Both the position numbers and the translations under genes were made by a program. From positions 573,189 to 637,188 of the forward strand of contig NMRA01000049.1 in assembly GCA_002633005.1 (NCBI GenBank): 64,000 nt of DNA. Direction: 5' to 3'. Positions 1 to 13,000 of this stretch are shown here, piece after piece. Below the pieces are notes generated by a model. It saw nothing but the letters and a program-made list of their open reading frames with translations. It had not been told where the DNA came from and did not search any database. Each line of letters starts with the position of its first letter. Within the stretch, counting starts at the first letter, position 1. Origin of the DNA: Phoronis australis (Eukaryota; Animalia; Phoronida).

Positions 1-24
1 ACAGAAACTAAATACTACACTCAC

Positions 25-105
25 GGTATCGGACGATATGCTGTGTTGGACGATATGCTGTGTTGGACGATATGCTGTATCGGACTATATGCTGTAACAG
101 ACCCT
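25..105. repeat. 17-bp tandem repeat (ggacgatatgctgtgtt), ~4 decaying copies
   Basis: Visible periodicity. Confidence 0.85.
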
Positions 106-966
106 ACATTATACCTAAAATTACGCTGTATCGGATGCTGTGCTGTATCCTATACTCCTGCCCATTCAATAACATGAAAGACTTCAGTGAAATTGAGCAT
201 CAGTGACATCTTTACTAAAAATTTTCAAAAAAATCTTTTACGGTATTCTCACACCCAAAATAATTTACCAACATCAATATTTTACCGTTCTGTTAATTCG
301 TACATGGTCTCATAAGGTCAAGAACACGAAGTAGCTTACGGGGAGACCAAGAAAACGGCATAAAAATGCAAAATCTTGTTTCATGATCATGCATGCCAAA
401 ATTGCCCTTTCACGGGTCAAAAACCATGCTAATTTGGAGAATCAGTTCTGCGCAGAAGTTTTGTCTCAGGATAGTGATAATCCTAGTAATCCATATGTCT
501 TTGGGGATTTGAAATCCTGCTCTGCATCTCCTGGTCCTTACATGAACATGCCTTAACTCTTAATTGAATTTAGGATTGACAATTCTATTCAATTCGTACA
601 GTAGTTGCTGCGAATTGTTTAACTTTCTGTTCGTTTTTGCATGGGCCTTATGAGATTTCCAGCCATTCTGCTTATTTAACACATCCCCACCTCATGAAAT
701 AACTAATTATTTAATTTTATGCTTAATTTTGGAGTGATTACTGTATGAGCTTATTCACCTTTGTAACTTTAAATTCATTTAAAAATTACATTTCTTTTAA
801 GTCAACAACGACACATTTTTAGTTAACACTTTTCTTAATGCTGATTACAATTTTCACATCGGTCATTTTCAAAATAACGATTCATTTGCCTACTTGGTTT
901 GGTGCTTGCTTGGTGCGACTGCATCCTAACCTCCAGTTTTAGAGAGTGCTGTTTGCTGGTTTGTAG

Positions 967-1029
967 GTTTCGGCGCGTCTCATAAGGAGACCGAGGGTGT
1001 GGCTCTGCTTGGTGTCAAGAAAAGATCAG
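967..1029 (+). CDS. Probable N-terminal anoctamin exon, 63 nt, phase 1-1 ([21 protein letters not shown])
   Basis: ttgtag|G...TCAG|gtttaa, upstream ctaac branch-like site, open frame, phase fits the next exons. Confidence 0.6.
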
Positions 1030-4000
1030 GTTTAATTCTCACTTAACTCGCACATTGTGCATAGTTAACTCCCCTGTCTGTGTGGTGCTGTGCATGTGGT
1101 GATTCATAACGACGTCGTTCATTTTAATGTCACGTGTCGCTTGTAGAAGTACTAACAACTTCGTAAAGAAAAAAATGATACCTGGCTGTTTGACGCAAAC
1201 TATCATTGGATATCTTCGTAGTGAACATACTGAGTTTGTTTATGGAGTTGGTACTTCTACTCGAAGTTGTATGATTGTTCTTTTGATTCTTTAAAGATTT
1301 CCTCCTGTCTTATTTCATACGCGGTATTGCATATCTAATGTAGTTTTGACTAAATGTTTTTTATTTTCATTTCTAGATTGTAATTTTAATTGAAACTATG
1401 AAAAAAGAGATTGCTGCATATGTCTGTTACAAGTTTGGCCCTTCGTGATTTTGAATGAAATGATGTTAGCTTAGAACTGTGTTTGAGTTTACCTGTGGAT
1501 AAACTGACTTCAACAAAAAAATCTCTGAGCTTGAGTAATCTCACTGTTGTTCAATGCTTTTTGACATCTTAAAAATTGGAGGAGCAGTTTGCATGGCTTT
1601 CGGTTATAACACTTAAAATTTAACAATCAAATCCTTCTCCACTATGGTTTTAGTTCAGCCTGTATCACTCATAGTAAAATCTTTCTAATTTTGGACAAAA
1701 TATGACGAACAAGTGAAAATTTATTTTCTATCTTTTCATATATGGTGCTTTACCATGTTCAAGTTGTGTACTGTAGCTAGCAACAGAAAATATTTTGAAC
1801 TGTTGTGGTTATTCACAATAATGTTAGAAACCCTTTGAAATTTTTAAAAAGTGCAATGTTGGCAATAATTTTTGTCCGAAATTGGTGAGATTTTAACGTA
1901 TTTCTACAACAGCTTCAAATTTCAGGTGGTGGAAATGATTCCATGGCCACGCCTCTAAATTCCAATTGCGATTCATAATCCTGCACAAGAAATCATCCGT
2001 ACTCCGTGACCAAACTTCATATACAGGGACCAGAATCCTCTCTTGGACACTTTTGGCCGTGGAATTGTTTCCATGCCCTGTTCCTTGGTTCATTACTGAA
2101 TGTTAGTTGACAGAAGACCTGCTTGCAATATCTGCATACTTCATGTCAGTTGGGAGTTTTATTTTTCTCACGTGCTTCTGGTTTGCTTAGCTTGTACTGC
2201 AGTTTTTTTCTGAACAAACAAAACGAAAATTTGGAACCTAACGTTGTTGTCTGCACCTACATTTTCAATACTTTAGGACTATAAGTCAGTCATATCGTTT
2301 TGGCACAACTCGTCTGTTATTTAGTTGTAAAGTGTCTTCAATGTAAGTTTTGCTATCATCCTTATTTTAAGTTTGCGGTAGTTCTTCATCGTTGACCAGA
2401 TTTAATTTTAATGTCGGCTTAGTGCAAGAACCTCACAAGAGCTGTTCACTTTTATGCTCAAATTTTACCTCGAAAAACACTGTTAGTGAGCACACCTGTA
2501 CGGTTTGTGATGATGAAAGACTCGCTATACTGTAAGTGGAAATGACAACTTGGCGTTCCAACTCCACAAACCTAGTTCCATTAATTAAGTTAAAACTGCA
2601 TTTCACCCCGTTTTGCTGGCTCAAAACGAAAATCGAAATAGGCCTTTTATTCTCCTATAATCAGTCCTATATTATTCCTTACAGTGTTAGAACAACATTT
2701 TTGCTACCAAATCAAGTCACAGGCAATGGGTACATGCACCATTTTCAAATTTCCAATTTTTCGCTATTCTACCATTGTTGGAACTTCATATCATTTATTA
2801 TCAAAACACGTTTCCAATACTTCTTATTTAAAAGAATTACGCCTGTGCAATGTTTTCGGATCGCCATCAAACTGTGACAACTTTTATGTCCACTAACTGC
2901 CAGTCTCAAAGGTTCAACAAACTTCACAGTTTACAATATTGATACTTCCTCCAACGATGTCAATGAGTTGGTAGGAAAGGGCCTTATATCTATAATATTA
3001 TTTGCTTTTTGATTTCCTTGTTTTTTTCACTGTGCTTTCCAAATTTTTTACTTGCTTTAGGAGTTCTGGCTGTCTCGTTCAAGATCCTTTCAAAATGGAT
3101 CACTCGATATACACTAGGTGGCGTTAATGATTAAGGTCTGTCTGACATCTGAACAGATTTAGAGTAAGAAGCAGTTAATCAGTACAGAGGCAGTTGTGCG
3201 ATAAGGGTCCATAATTTCATTTGCATTACCTAGTGCATTTCGAGTTCCACAGTCTTGCATAAGCTGCTTTTGACTTTTGACATCTTTACTATAGTGAGTG
3301 AAAGACCTGCATTTGTCTTCTGGTGGTTTTGTCTGTAAAACATCCAATGTTACAAAATTGGTCTGTTTTGCTTGTTTAGTCTAGGATGTTGTGTTGTGGT
3401 GAAAATGCAAGTTTTTCCATGTTCGTGTGATCTGAAAGTACGGTAAATTCTCGCCAGTTTACGAAGTTTTGTTTAATCACTATGTCCTTGAAAACTATGC
3501 AAAACCAATGATTTTCTATGTTTAAGTTCTGTTACCATAGCTACCATCAGATAATTCTTTTAAAAATGTTTCCATTAGTAATAGTGTTGAAATTTAAAAA
3601 GGCAGTTTTTGGCAAATACTTTTGTCTGAAATTTGTGAGATTTTACCGTACAAGAATTATTTATTAAGTGAGTGACTAGACATAAAAATCTGAAAGTGGT
3701 TTCAAGTCATGCAGTTGTCAGGTGTTAGCAATCTATTCTGTGTTTTGAGTACTCTAAAAATGCATTGCTCACGTTGTTAAAACCATCCTTTGGAAGCTTT
3801 GTGGGTAAAGGTATTGAATCCATGGTAATTTGTGATTTTGATCGCTCATCTTTAAAGTGTGTCAATTAATAATTTCATTTATACTAAATCATGCTTGCTA
3901 CAATTGACCTATCGCAATCTTCACCCCCTTGCGAAATGTCGACAAACAATAAGTTTTACCTGGCAACGTCATGTTTGTCAGGTAAAATGGTGGCTTGAAA

Positions 4001-7000
4001 TTGAAGATGTGTCAAGAATGCTGCGTTCTGATTGGTCAGTTAAGCAGTCACTCAAAATTCTGGTGATAGGTCAATTGGTTTCTACTATCACTGTTTTTAG
4101 CAAGTGCATATGTTTTGGCTTATACTTTTCATTTACATCCCATCCTAATATATGCCTCTCTCAGTCAGTTGCCATGACAACTACAAGAATCCTTTCATTT
4201 CAGCAGACATGGCAACCGTGGAGCTTGATACTGGAGTTAATTCAGAAGAGGTTTGTGTTGTTTTCTTACATTGTTCAGATCACTTGACATTCAATATTAT
4301 TTCTATGTTTTATGGACGTGTTTGGAATGCTGCTTTTACTTTTGATTTGACGGACAAGCTTGTGCATAATTAACAGGTAACCTTCATGAGTATGTTAGAA
4401 TATTTAGTGCCTGTGATTAATCCCTATGTTAGAATATTTAGTGCCTGTGATTAATGCCTATGGTTTACACTTAAGACAAAACTTGTTGAATACACAACAA
4501 TGTTCACGGTGAATAATTTTCAACGATATTTTCTTGAGCCCTCTGTATCTTTGATGGCCCTTCACAGCGCCACAATGAAGCAGACGTCCAAGAGACCTGA
4601 GAAAAGTAATGATTAAAATGACAGCTATATTGCCAGAAGCGTGTTCAATAGAGTGNGACAAACAATAAGTTTTACCTGGCAACGTCATGTTTGTCAGGTA
4701 AAATGGTGGCTTGAAATTGAAGATGTGTCAAGAATGCTGCGTTCTGATTGGTCAGTTAAGCAGTCACTCAAAATTCTGGTGATAGGTCAATTGGTTTCTA
4801 CTATCATTGTTTTTAGCAAGTGCATTTGTTTTGGCTTATACTTTTCATTTACATCCCATCCTAATATATGCCTCTCTCAGTCAGTTGCCATGACAACTAC
4901 AAGAATCCTTTCATTTCAGCAGACATGGCAACCGTGGAGCTTGATACTGGAGTTAATTCAGAAGAGGTTTGTGTTGTTTTCTTACATTGTTCAGATCACT
5001 TGACATTCAATATTATTTCTATGTTTTATGGACGTGTTTGGAATGCTGCTTTTACTTTTGATTTGACGGACAAGCTTGTGCATAATTAGCAGGTAACCTT
5101 CATGAGTATGTTAGAATATTTAGTGCCTGTGATTAATACCTATGTTAGAATATTTAGTGCCTGTGATTAATGCCTATGGTTTACACTTAAGACAAAACTT
5201 GTTGAATGCACAACAATGTTCATGGTGAATAATTTTCAACGATATTTTCTTGAGCCCTCTGTATCTTTGACGGCCCTTCACAGCGCCACAATGAAGCAGA
5301 CGTCCAAGAGACCTGAGAAAACTGATTAAAATGACGGCTATATTGCCAGAAGCGTGTTCAATAGAGTGAGCGCCCGCGAGCGATTTGAGCGCCCTCGTCC
5401 TGAACAGCTGTGTTTACGTTAGTGCTCGCGAGCTCTCGCGAACAACCTCGAGAGCATGTTCGCTTAGATTTCCAAGATGGAGTCCTGTGAAGGCTTCACG
5501 TCTGCAACATATGAACCCATTATGGTTCTGCAACACGAAAACTAACCTCGAAAGTTGACCGACTCGTCTGAAACTGCGACTTAAATTGCGGGTCGCTGTA
5601 GCGAGGAACAGTTTCCTCGACGTAATTTTCGCTTCTTGTCGTTCCAAAGCCTTCACGGTTGTTGTCTTGGGCTGCCGATATTAATATTGACAAAGATTAA
5701 TCATATTTATCGCTCAGTACGCCATAGGAAGGACTGTTAGTGTTAAGCTCATCGGCTAAGACGTTCAACACAATCTGCTTCAGAGTCGCCATACTGGATC
5801 GCACAGTGAGTGCTCACAGCTGTTCAGGAGCTGATCCTTGTGTTCGCGAGTACACGCTAGCGGGCGCTCACTCTGTTGAACACACTTCAGGCTATTCTTG
5901 TCTCATCATAAAGCGAAAATATGCTTTATAAAAAGCTAAAAATGAAGCGTGCATGCATTTAATTTTGCTGGAGCATTAAGTTCAACTGTGTGAACTCTGT
6001 AAGAGCTCGTTCATATGCCAGCCATTTATACTTTGTTCATTTTATAATGTTGCTCTAGTTCATGTACGTACTTATTGCCTTTACTTACACCACAGCAATT
6101 TATAAAGGTAGGCATGACTTCTGTTAGGATAGACTGGTGTTGGAATTTCATCTTTTGAGATTTGAACATAAGATTTGCTGTAGCTAAATTGTGTTGTTAG
6201 ATTTCACTGCATAACAAGAGGCTGCAACTGAACACGGACTAAGTATCCCATGGGCTGTGTTTCTTATTGTGCCATCCAGCTGACAGTGGACTGAATAAAA
6301 AATCCAAAAATTTACCCGTGAGCAAAATTTTCCAAAAAGTACTCACTAGTATGTTAAAATTCAGCAAAATTTTGTTTCGGAAATTTTTAGCTGACATATG
6401 AAAAAAATTACGGCAAAACATTTTTGTGCAATTTCTTGGCCATCTTCAAAAAAAAGTAGACCAGAATCAACTATGTTTTCCTGCCTTATCCCTGTTAATT
6501 CTCACAAATTAGTTTATAGTCATGCAGCTAGGTGTCGCCATGAGGCCCCTGTACCATGTGATCTGAAGTGCTAGGTGAAAACTCATCCTTTGGTACTAAC
6601 ATTTTCTGTGTAGTATTTGTGCTTTATATGTATGTGCTCAGCTGACAATGCTCTTAACAGTGGAAGGTCTTAACATTTGATGATGTTCATTTTTTAAAAT
6701 TTCCATTGGTTTAAAATATTGTTCAAGGCCTTTATTTAGAGCGTGTCCAGGTTGTTCAAATGGACATCACGACTTAAATTCAAGTTGATACACCCTTGTT
6801 AGGACGCTCTGTTCAGCATGTTGATACAAGCCAACATGGTTGTCTCTTGTAACTCGTTAACAACAGTTCTGGGAGCTCATTTGCCTATCCAAGATAGAAA
6901 CATTGGTTTAAAAGTGATGTAAGATACAAAATATTTTGATTGCAAAACCATGTCTCCACAGAATACGACACTGTTCAACAATTTAACCCAGGGTCAGGAA

Positions 7001-10000
7001 AACAAGGTCGCGCGTTATTGTTTATGGAAGGCGTAAGAAACTGGGAAACTTATTTTGGAACCCCTATTTTAGAATTCTGGATAAATCTCTGGTTTCATGC
7101 TCATTTAAATCTGGATTTTTGATCATGTCTTTGCGCCTTTTTGTTATACAAAAACATGCCAAATACCATCAGTGTTCCATGCGAACCATGCAAAACACTC
7201 GCTTGTTTTGATTCTGGGACTTTTTATAATGTGAACACTACTGTTGCTTGTTTGTGTGCTAACTGTACGTTTAACTAAACCACCACCTTACTGACTCTTT
7301 TCTGTTTTAACCAAGAACACGTCAAAGGTAAGTGCCCATATTTATGTCTATTGTACACAGCTTTTGTGTTTTTAATAAATGAATAAAAAATTCCCGCCCA
7401 TATCTCCTTCAATGTCGTCTGTGTTGCCCCTCGTAAAATCACGGTACTACAGCAATGGGAAAAATCATGTCTAGATGGCTAGCGTTGTTGCGTGATGTAG
7501 CTTGAATGTTATCACCTGGAAAAGTAATATTGTATTGGCCGTTGGGTGTTTGCATTTTTATCTGGGAGCTTATTTTGCAGTGTGTTGGCTAAAAGACCTT
7601 TCTTGCTATGTATTCAACAGCAACTCTTCAAATTGTTCAGTTGTTCTCAGAGCCCAGCAATACTTACTGTCTTTTGCTTGTTCTTGTTCTAAGTTATGAT
7701 TTCCACCTGTCATCATTACTCAACTTGCAACTTGTTATAAGGTTTAAGAAAAGCTGATACCGGGTAATGGCTAGAAAGTCAAAATTTGTGATTTAAATAA
7801 AGAATACCGAGTTAGTTTCAAGTTAAGCAAATTGAAACGGTCTCAAAGTTTCAGTTTTCTACTAGACAGATCTCTAGGGGGTGACCCATTTCTGCTGGGT
7901 TTTATTTTGCATCTTATTCCCTGACAGGTTATATGTCAGAACAACTGTTTCGCTGTTGGTTTTGACCGACTCGGGCAGTAAAATATTTTTTTGTAGAGTA
8001 TCAGCCTGGCCATTTTTCAAAAATCTGCTGACAAACATCTGTTGTTGAAGCATTGCATTCATCAGCTTTTATGCTTGCTATCGTTGGGTACCAGTAGCCA
8101 GTACACATGTACTCTATAACTTGACAAAGATTCTTTACGCTGATGCTTATATCAACACTTGTGTTGCTGGATAGTCAGGCATTGGACCTTTTAACCAGTT
8201 CTCGTCTGCCTGTCGGGTTATAAGCAAGGCATGTAGTTTCTGAATTCTGTTAATTTTGGCTGCTGATGTTAGAACTTTCATTGTGTACATAATGAACATT
8301 ACCAGTCAACAGGGCCTGTCCAGTGAGCTTTTGTGGGTGAGGATCTAGTTTTGCTTCTTCTTGGTGGTGGTTGGGGGTACACAATGATGGAAAACAAGTG
8401 CTCAGTTCATGACTAAGCACATTGCTAGAAATTATTTGTTTAACTGTATATTGTTTTCTGGAGAAGACTATTCATTGTGTATTTAGCCATGATTGTAAGC
8501 ATATAGAATTTGTCTTGTATATTTTTCAGTCTGCAGTTATTATACACGTTGGAACAACATAAATGTTTGCTTGGAGTCAAACTTGGTTTTTTTGTTTGTT
8601 TGTACGCTACAGGTCACATGTGGTGTTTGATCGATTTCAAATCAACACACACCGTGTTTCATTTTCCTGCCAAATGACATGCAACATGCTATGTCGTGTC
8701 GTGTCGTGTGATTGCAGACTACAGATCAAAGTGTCCATTGTTACATTAGTCACCAAAAAGATTTTGCACATGTATGCTAAAGTAGGAAATTACAGCACTG
8801 AAATGTCACGGAAAAACCTCATTGAGGATGGTGCTATATTTCAGTCTCAAAAGCAGACAATGTATTTCCGCGATAATAAAAGGCGCATAGACTATGTGCT
8901 GGCCTACCAAGAGGATGATGGAAAACAGGAGAGTGCACGGAAAGAGAAGCGTAGAGAGTTTGAGAAAAACTTGAGACAAGAAGGGCTGGATCTGGAATAT
9001 GAAGACAAAGCAGTGAGTTGATTGGTTGATTGGTCGGCATTCACCTTTTAATAGACAGACGAATGCTGGTTAGAGTACTTCCCAGTGCTTTGAGAAACGT
9101 TTCGGAAGTTTCGAGCGCGACAAGTCTTCGTACAAAGCTGTATAAATATAAAGCTTTGGGTCTATCTGGGTAAATCTGGCTCAAAGTCAATGCCATTAGT
9201 AAATTATCTTGGTTACTAACATAAAAAGAATGCTTTTTGTCCATTATTCTGTGGTTTAAATTTGTGGAACGCAGGAATTTCGTGCGTAGTTTTGAGTGTT
9301 TCATTATATCAAAAAAACTGCAGTTCTAAGCATATTTTGCATAGAGCTTAATTTTGGCGAAGATGTCACCATCTCCTTAAAGATGTCGTTTTACCAAACC
9401 AAAAATACGTGAAGTTGCACGTGGATGAGTCATGAACGTACAGTTTTGAAGTTGATGTGTGGCTTTTCCTTCTTGCAAAAGCGAGAGAGTGACGTATTAA
9501 ATGGCGTTCATCTGATTGAGTTTTTTAGCGGAAATGCTTAGTGCCATTTGAATGTCCAAGTTGCAAAAGTTGAAGCACAGTTGGGCGTGCTAGATTTTGT
9601 TGCAAGTTTCATTACGAGGAGATCACAAATCGAGTTTGAGTGATCATTTGCTTAAACTGCCAATTTTGTATCTACATCTGTTCCTATCTGTGACGTTCAG
9701 TGAACATAGCTAGTGTGCTGGCTAGAGCTAGACTTGTTGTCAATCTCCTCTCTTTACCAGCACGCTGTTGATTAGTTGCAGTGTCAAAAGTACGTAGTAC
9801 AAGTTTGGATTTCGTAAACTTGGTATTCCAGTTTTTAGTTTGAACTCGACATCCTGAAGTCACACGCTGCGTTCTCTCTAAATAAAGCAAAATATACTTA
9901 AACTCAGTGTGGGACTCAATTCACAGATAATGAGTTAAGGCACATTTTAAAACTTTTATGGATGTTTGTGGTTCTTTTTTTTCTAGCAATCTCAGGATGG

Positions 10001-13000
10001 TAAGACCACATTTGTGAAAATCCATGCGCCATGGAAGGTGTTGACCGTCTACGCCGAGCTGATGAAAATTAAGATGCCCATGAAGGTTTGTAGTCTGTGA
10101 GCACCACCTTTTGAGCGTGATAAAGTCCACCAGTGGTTGTTTGTTTGGGAAACTTTGGTAAGTGGGTAGGTGTTGTAGTATAACCTGGTGGCAGACAATA
10201 CTTATCTCAGAATTATTGAGCATCGTACTTCAAAAAGGTGATAACTGTTGTATTGGGTTCAGAACACGTTGTTTACTTGAGTGATTCTGATGTTTGGACG
10301 ATTTGAGACTTGGAAATTCCTATCCACGAGTCCTACTAACATGTTAGTAATCTCACCTCTTTCAATCCAAAATAGTCCCTAGAATAGATCTTTTTTGTTT
10401 TTAAAAGCTCCTAACGTTATGAATGCCTACAGTTCCTCAAAACAGTGTCTGATGATGTCTGTGGTTTGGAACTTGAAAAATGCAAAGCATTTATGTGATG
10501 CTGCTTATCTTTATGAAAACACTGAAACAAGAAAATTTCACTTGTCTGCCGTGCTATCTTCTAAATTTGTGAAACTTTACCTTCTTAATGTTTTGTGTTC
10601 TTAGATCAACGACGTTGATGAGGATGAAGACCAGTGTTGTCATGGTTGTAAAGCTACGTGTGCATCGTGTTTTGATCTGTCAGAGGAATACATACAGGAT
10701 GAACCGGACTACTTCACAGCGATTTTCAGTCGCCATCGTTTAGATCAGTCAGTATTTGAAGATCTCTGTCGAATTTTTACAATGTCGAGGGTCATGGGAC
10801 TGGAGCCTGTTTCAATTCACGTCCCGTGATTAAAAAACTGCGTCCGTGTTTTTGAAATTTGGTATTGAACACTTGTATCAAACGAAATTTGATCATGCTT
10901 TTGTTGCCGTTGTTTTGCTGGGGTTTTACCTCTTCGTTTTTACTATATTTTATTAAAAAAACATGGTCACATGATCCATTATACGACACGTGATCCATTC
11001 AATGACAAAGTCGTTTAGATTAAAAAATTCTACAGACTTTTTGAGTTAATTCTATTAGTTTTGCAAATATTTGGATGAATGCACAGACTTCTCAATATGG
11101 TCTGCATAGCCTCAAGATAATAGTCTGTTGGTGGCATAAGTTGCGTTACGTTTTCTTAAGGGTCTGATTAAAAAAACAAAGAAGCCTTGTCATTCTTAAG
11201 TCGACCAGTTTCTCTGCAAGTAGTTTGAGACTGAGGACACAAATAATGTTCGAACTTTATTGTAACGTTTTATGCATTTCACAGTTGAACGGTTTAAAGC
11301 TGAATTTCGCCCAGTTTAACTGGCTAAAATGAAAGACCAATTTGGTGTAATACGGTGCTCTCATAAAATCCGTAAACGGAATCCTTTCATGGTAAGGATT
11401 GTTATGGAATCCTTTTATGGTAAGGATTATTACGAGACCAAGTTTATGAAAGTAAAAGACCAAATTCGGGTTTCGTTTTTAAGCCATCTAAACTGGACAA
11501 AATGCAGCTTATCATGTGTCGCAAAATCTGACAGAAGTTCACACAATGGCTTCTATTGCTGTGTCGTTACGGGAAGTATACGATGAAGGATAGATGCTTC
11601 GCAGTTGTTATCACTGCATATCTTGCATGCGTTGTACACACAAATGTATATGTCGCACCTCATGCTCTATGACATCAATTCTTCGACTCAGCAAGTTCTT
11701 GTCTGCACCGAATTATAAGTGCTGCTTGTCAATGATGGGCTGCATAGTTATGTCACCAGTATCTTACCATTCAGTCTGCAGTTACGCTTTGAAGTCTCAA
11801 ATTTAGAGTGTTCTGTGGTAGGGATCTGTATACTCGGAATTCGACTCAAAATTTGATCACTTACTAGGCATGCTTTGAGGAACCTTACCAATTTGTACTC
11901 AAATAATGGGACATGGTTGCTTAATATGTTTTGAATCTTGTGTCTGAGTCAAGTTTGAGCCCTGGTCTTTATTCTAATTCTTTTATTGTGCTTTCACTCT
12001 GTGCCAATACATGCTCGTGCCTTTTGGTCCAGAAATTGGGTTGAGTTGAGAAGTTGAGGTCTGTCCTTACTTGCAACCATTTTTCAGTTCTTATGTTCAT
12101 TAGGTCACGTGATGTGGCCAACAGGTGGCGTGCAGACCAGGCTTGAAATAATTGTGATTATTTTGATGTTTTTATGAATTTATGAAAAAAACTGTTGTTG
12201 GAATGCAGTGACAATTGTGGCCTACTCACCCAAAAACTTCAATCCATCAAACTTGAGGGTGTAACACCTTTGCGTGTGATGGCCGTGTCTGTTTTGAAGA
12301 TTGAGATTTTTAGTCGAGTGTTCTCAGGAACTGAGGTGTTTCTTTGGACAATCAGCTTGTTGCCTGGTGTTGTCGAATGCATGTTGAACAGCTTAAGCAT
12401 GGCTTCTTGCCCTTTGTTCATCAGCCAAAGATGTACACATGCCTGTATCATATTGACTGGGTCACATTTGTTTGACCTCATCATCATAATTCTTGAGCAG
12501 CGAGGTTGATTCGGTATTTCAGGTGTCATTCTCATATTAACTTTTGAGAATTTCCGTCTTTGATCTTGTTACTCCCCACGTCTGTCGTCATCGTTCATCG
12601 GGGTTTGACCCCCCTTTCTTACCCAACCTACTGTGATATCGTTATAGGCGAAACATCACCCTACTTCAACTTTTTTGATTGAGTTTCTATTGAACGATAA
12701 AGTCATCAATCCTTCAACCCCTCCTCCGTCATCAACCAGATGACCTCCGACCTCCAGTGATGATGTCATGTGTGTATCGCTCCTTAGTTTCTCTGAAAGA
12801 ATTCTGTTCAGCTAATCAGTTATTCTAGTTTGAAAGAATCAATGCTCATTGGCAATAGGCTTGGCTTGAATGCAGTCTTGCTTATATTTAGGCAAAATTC
12901 CACGTCTTGGCTTGATGGGGATATGCTTAGAGGCAGTATTCTTGTGTGACATCGTAATCATAACGTCTTCTCTTATTTGCTTCTTCTTGGCATATGGCGA

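Noticed and set aside
4920-4966. Second identical copy of the MATVELDT exon as another mutually exclusive variant
   Set aside because: Part of a near-identical 715-bp duplication joined at an n; best explained as an uncollapsed haplotype
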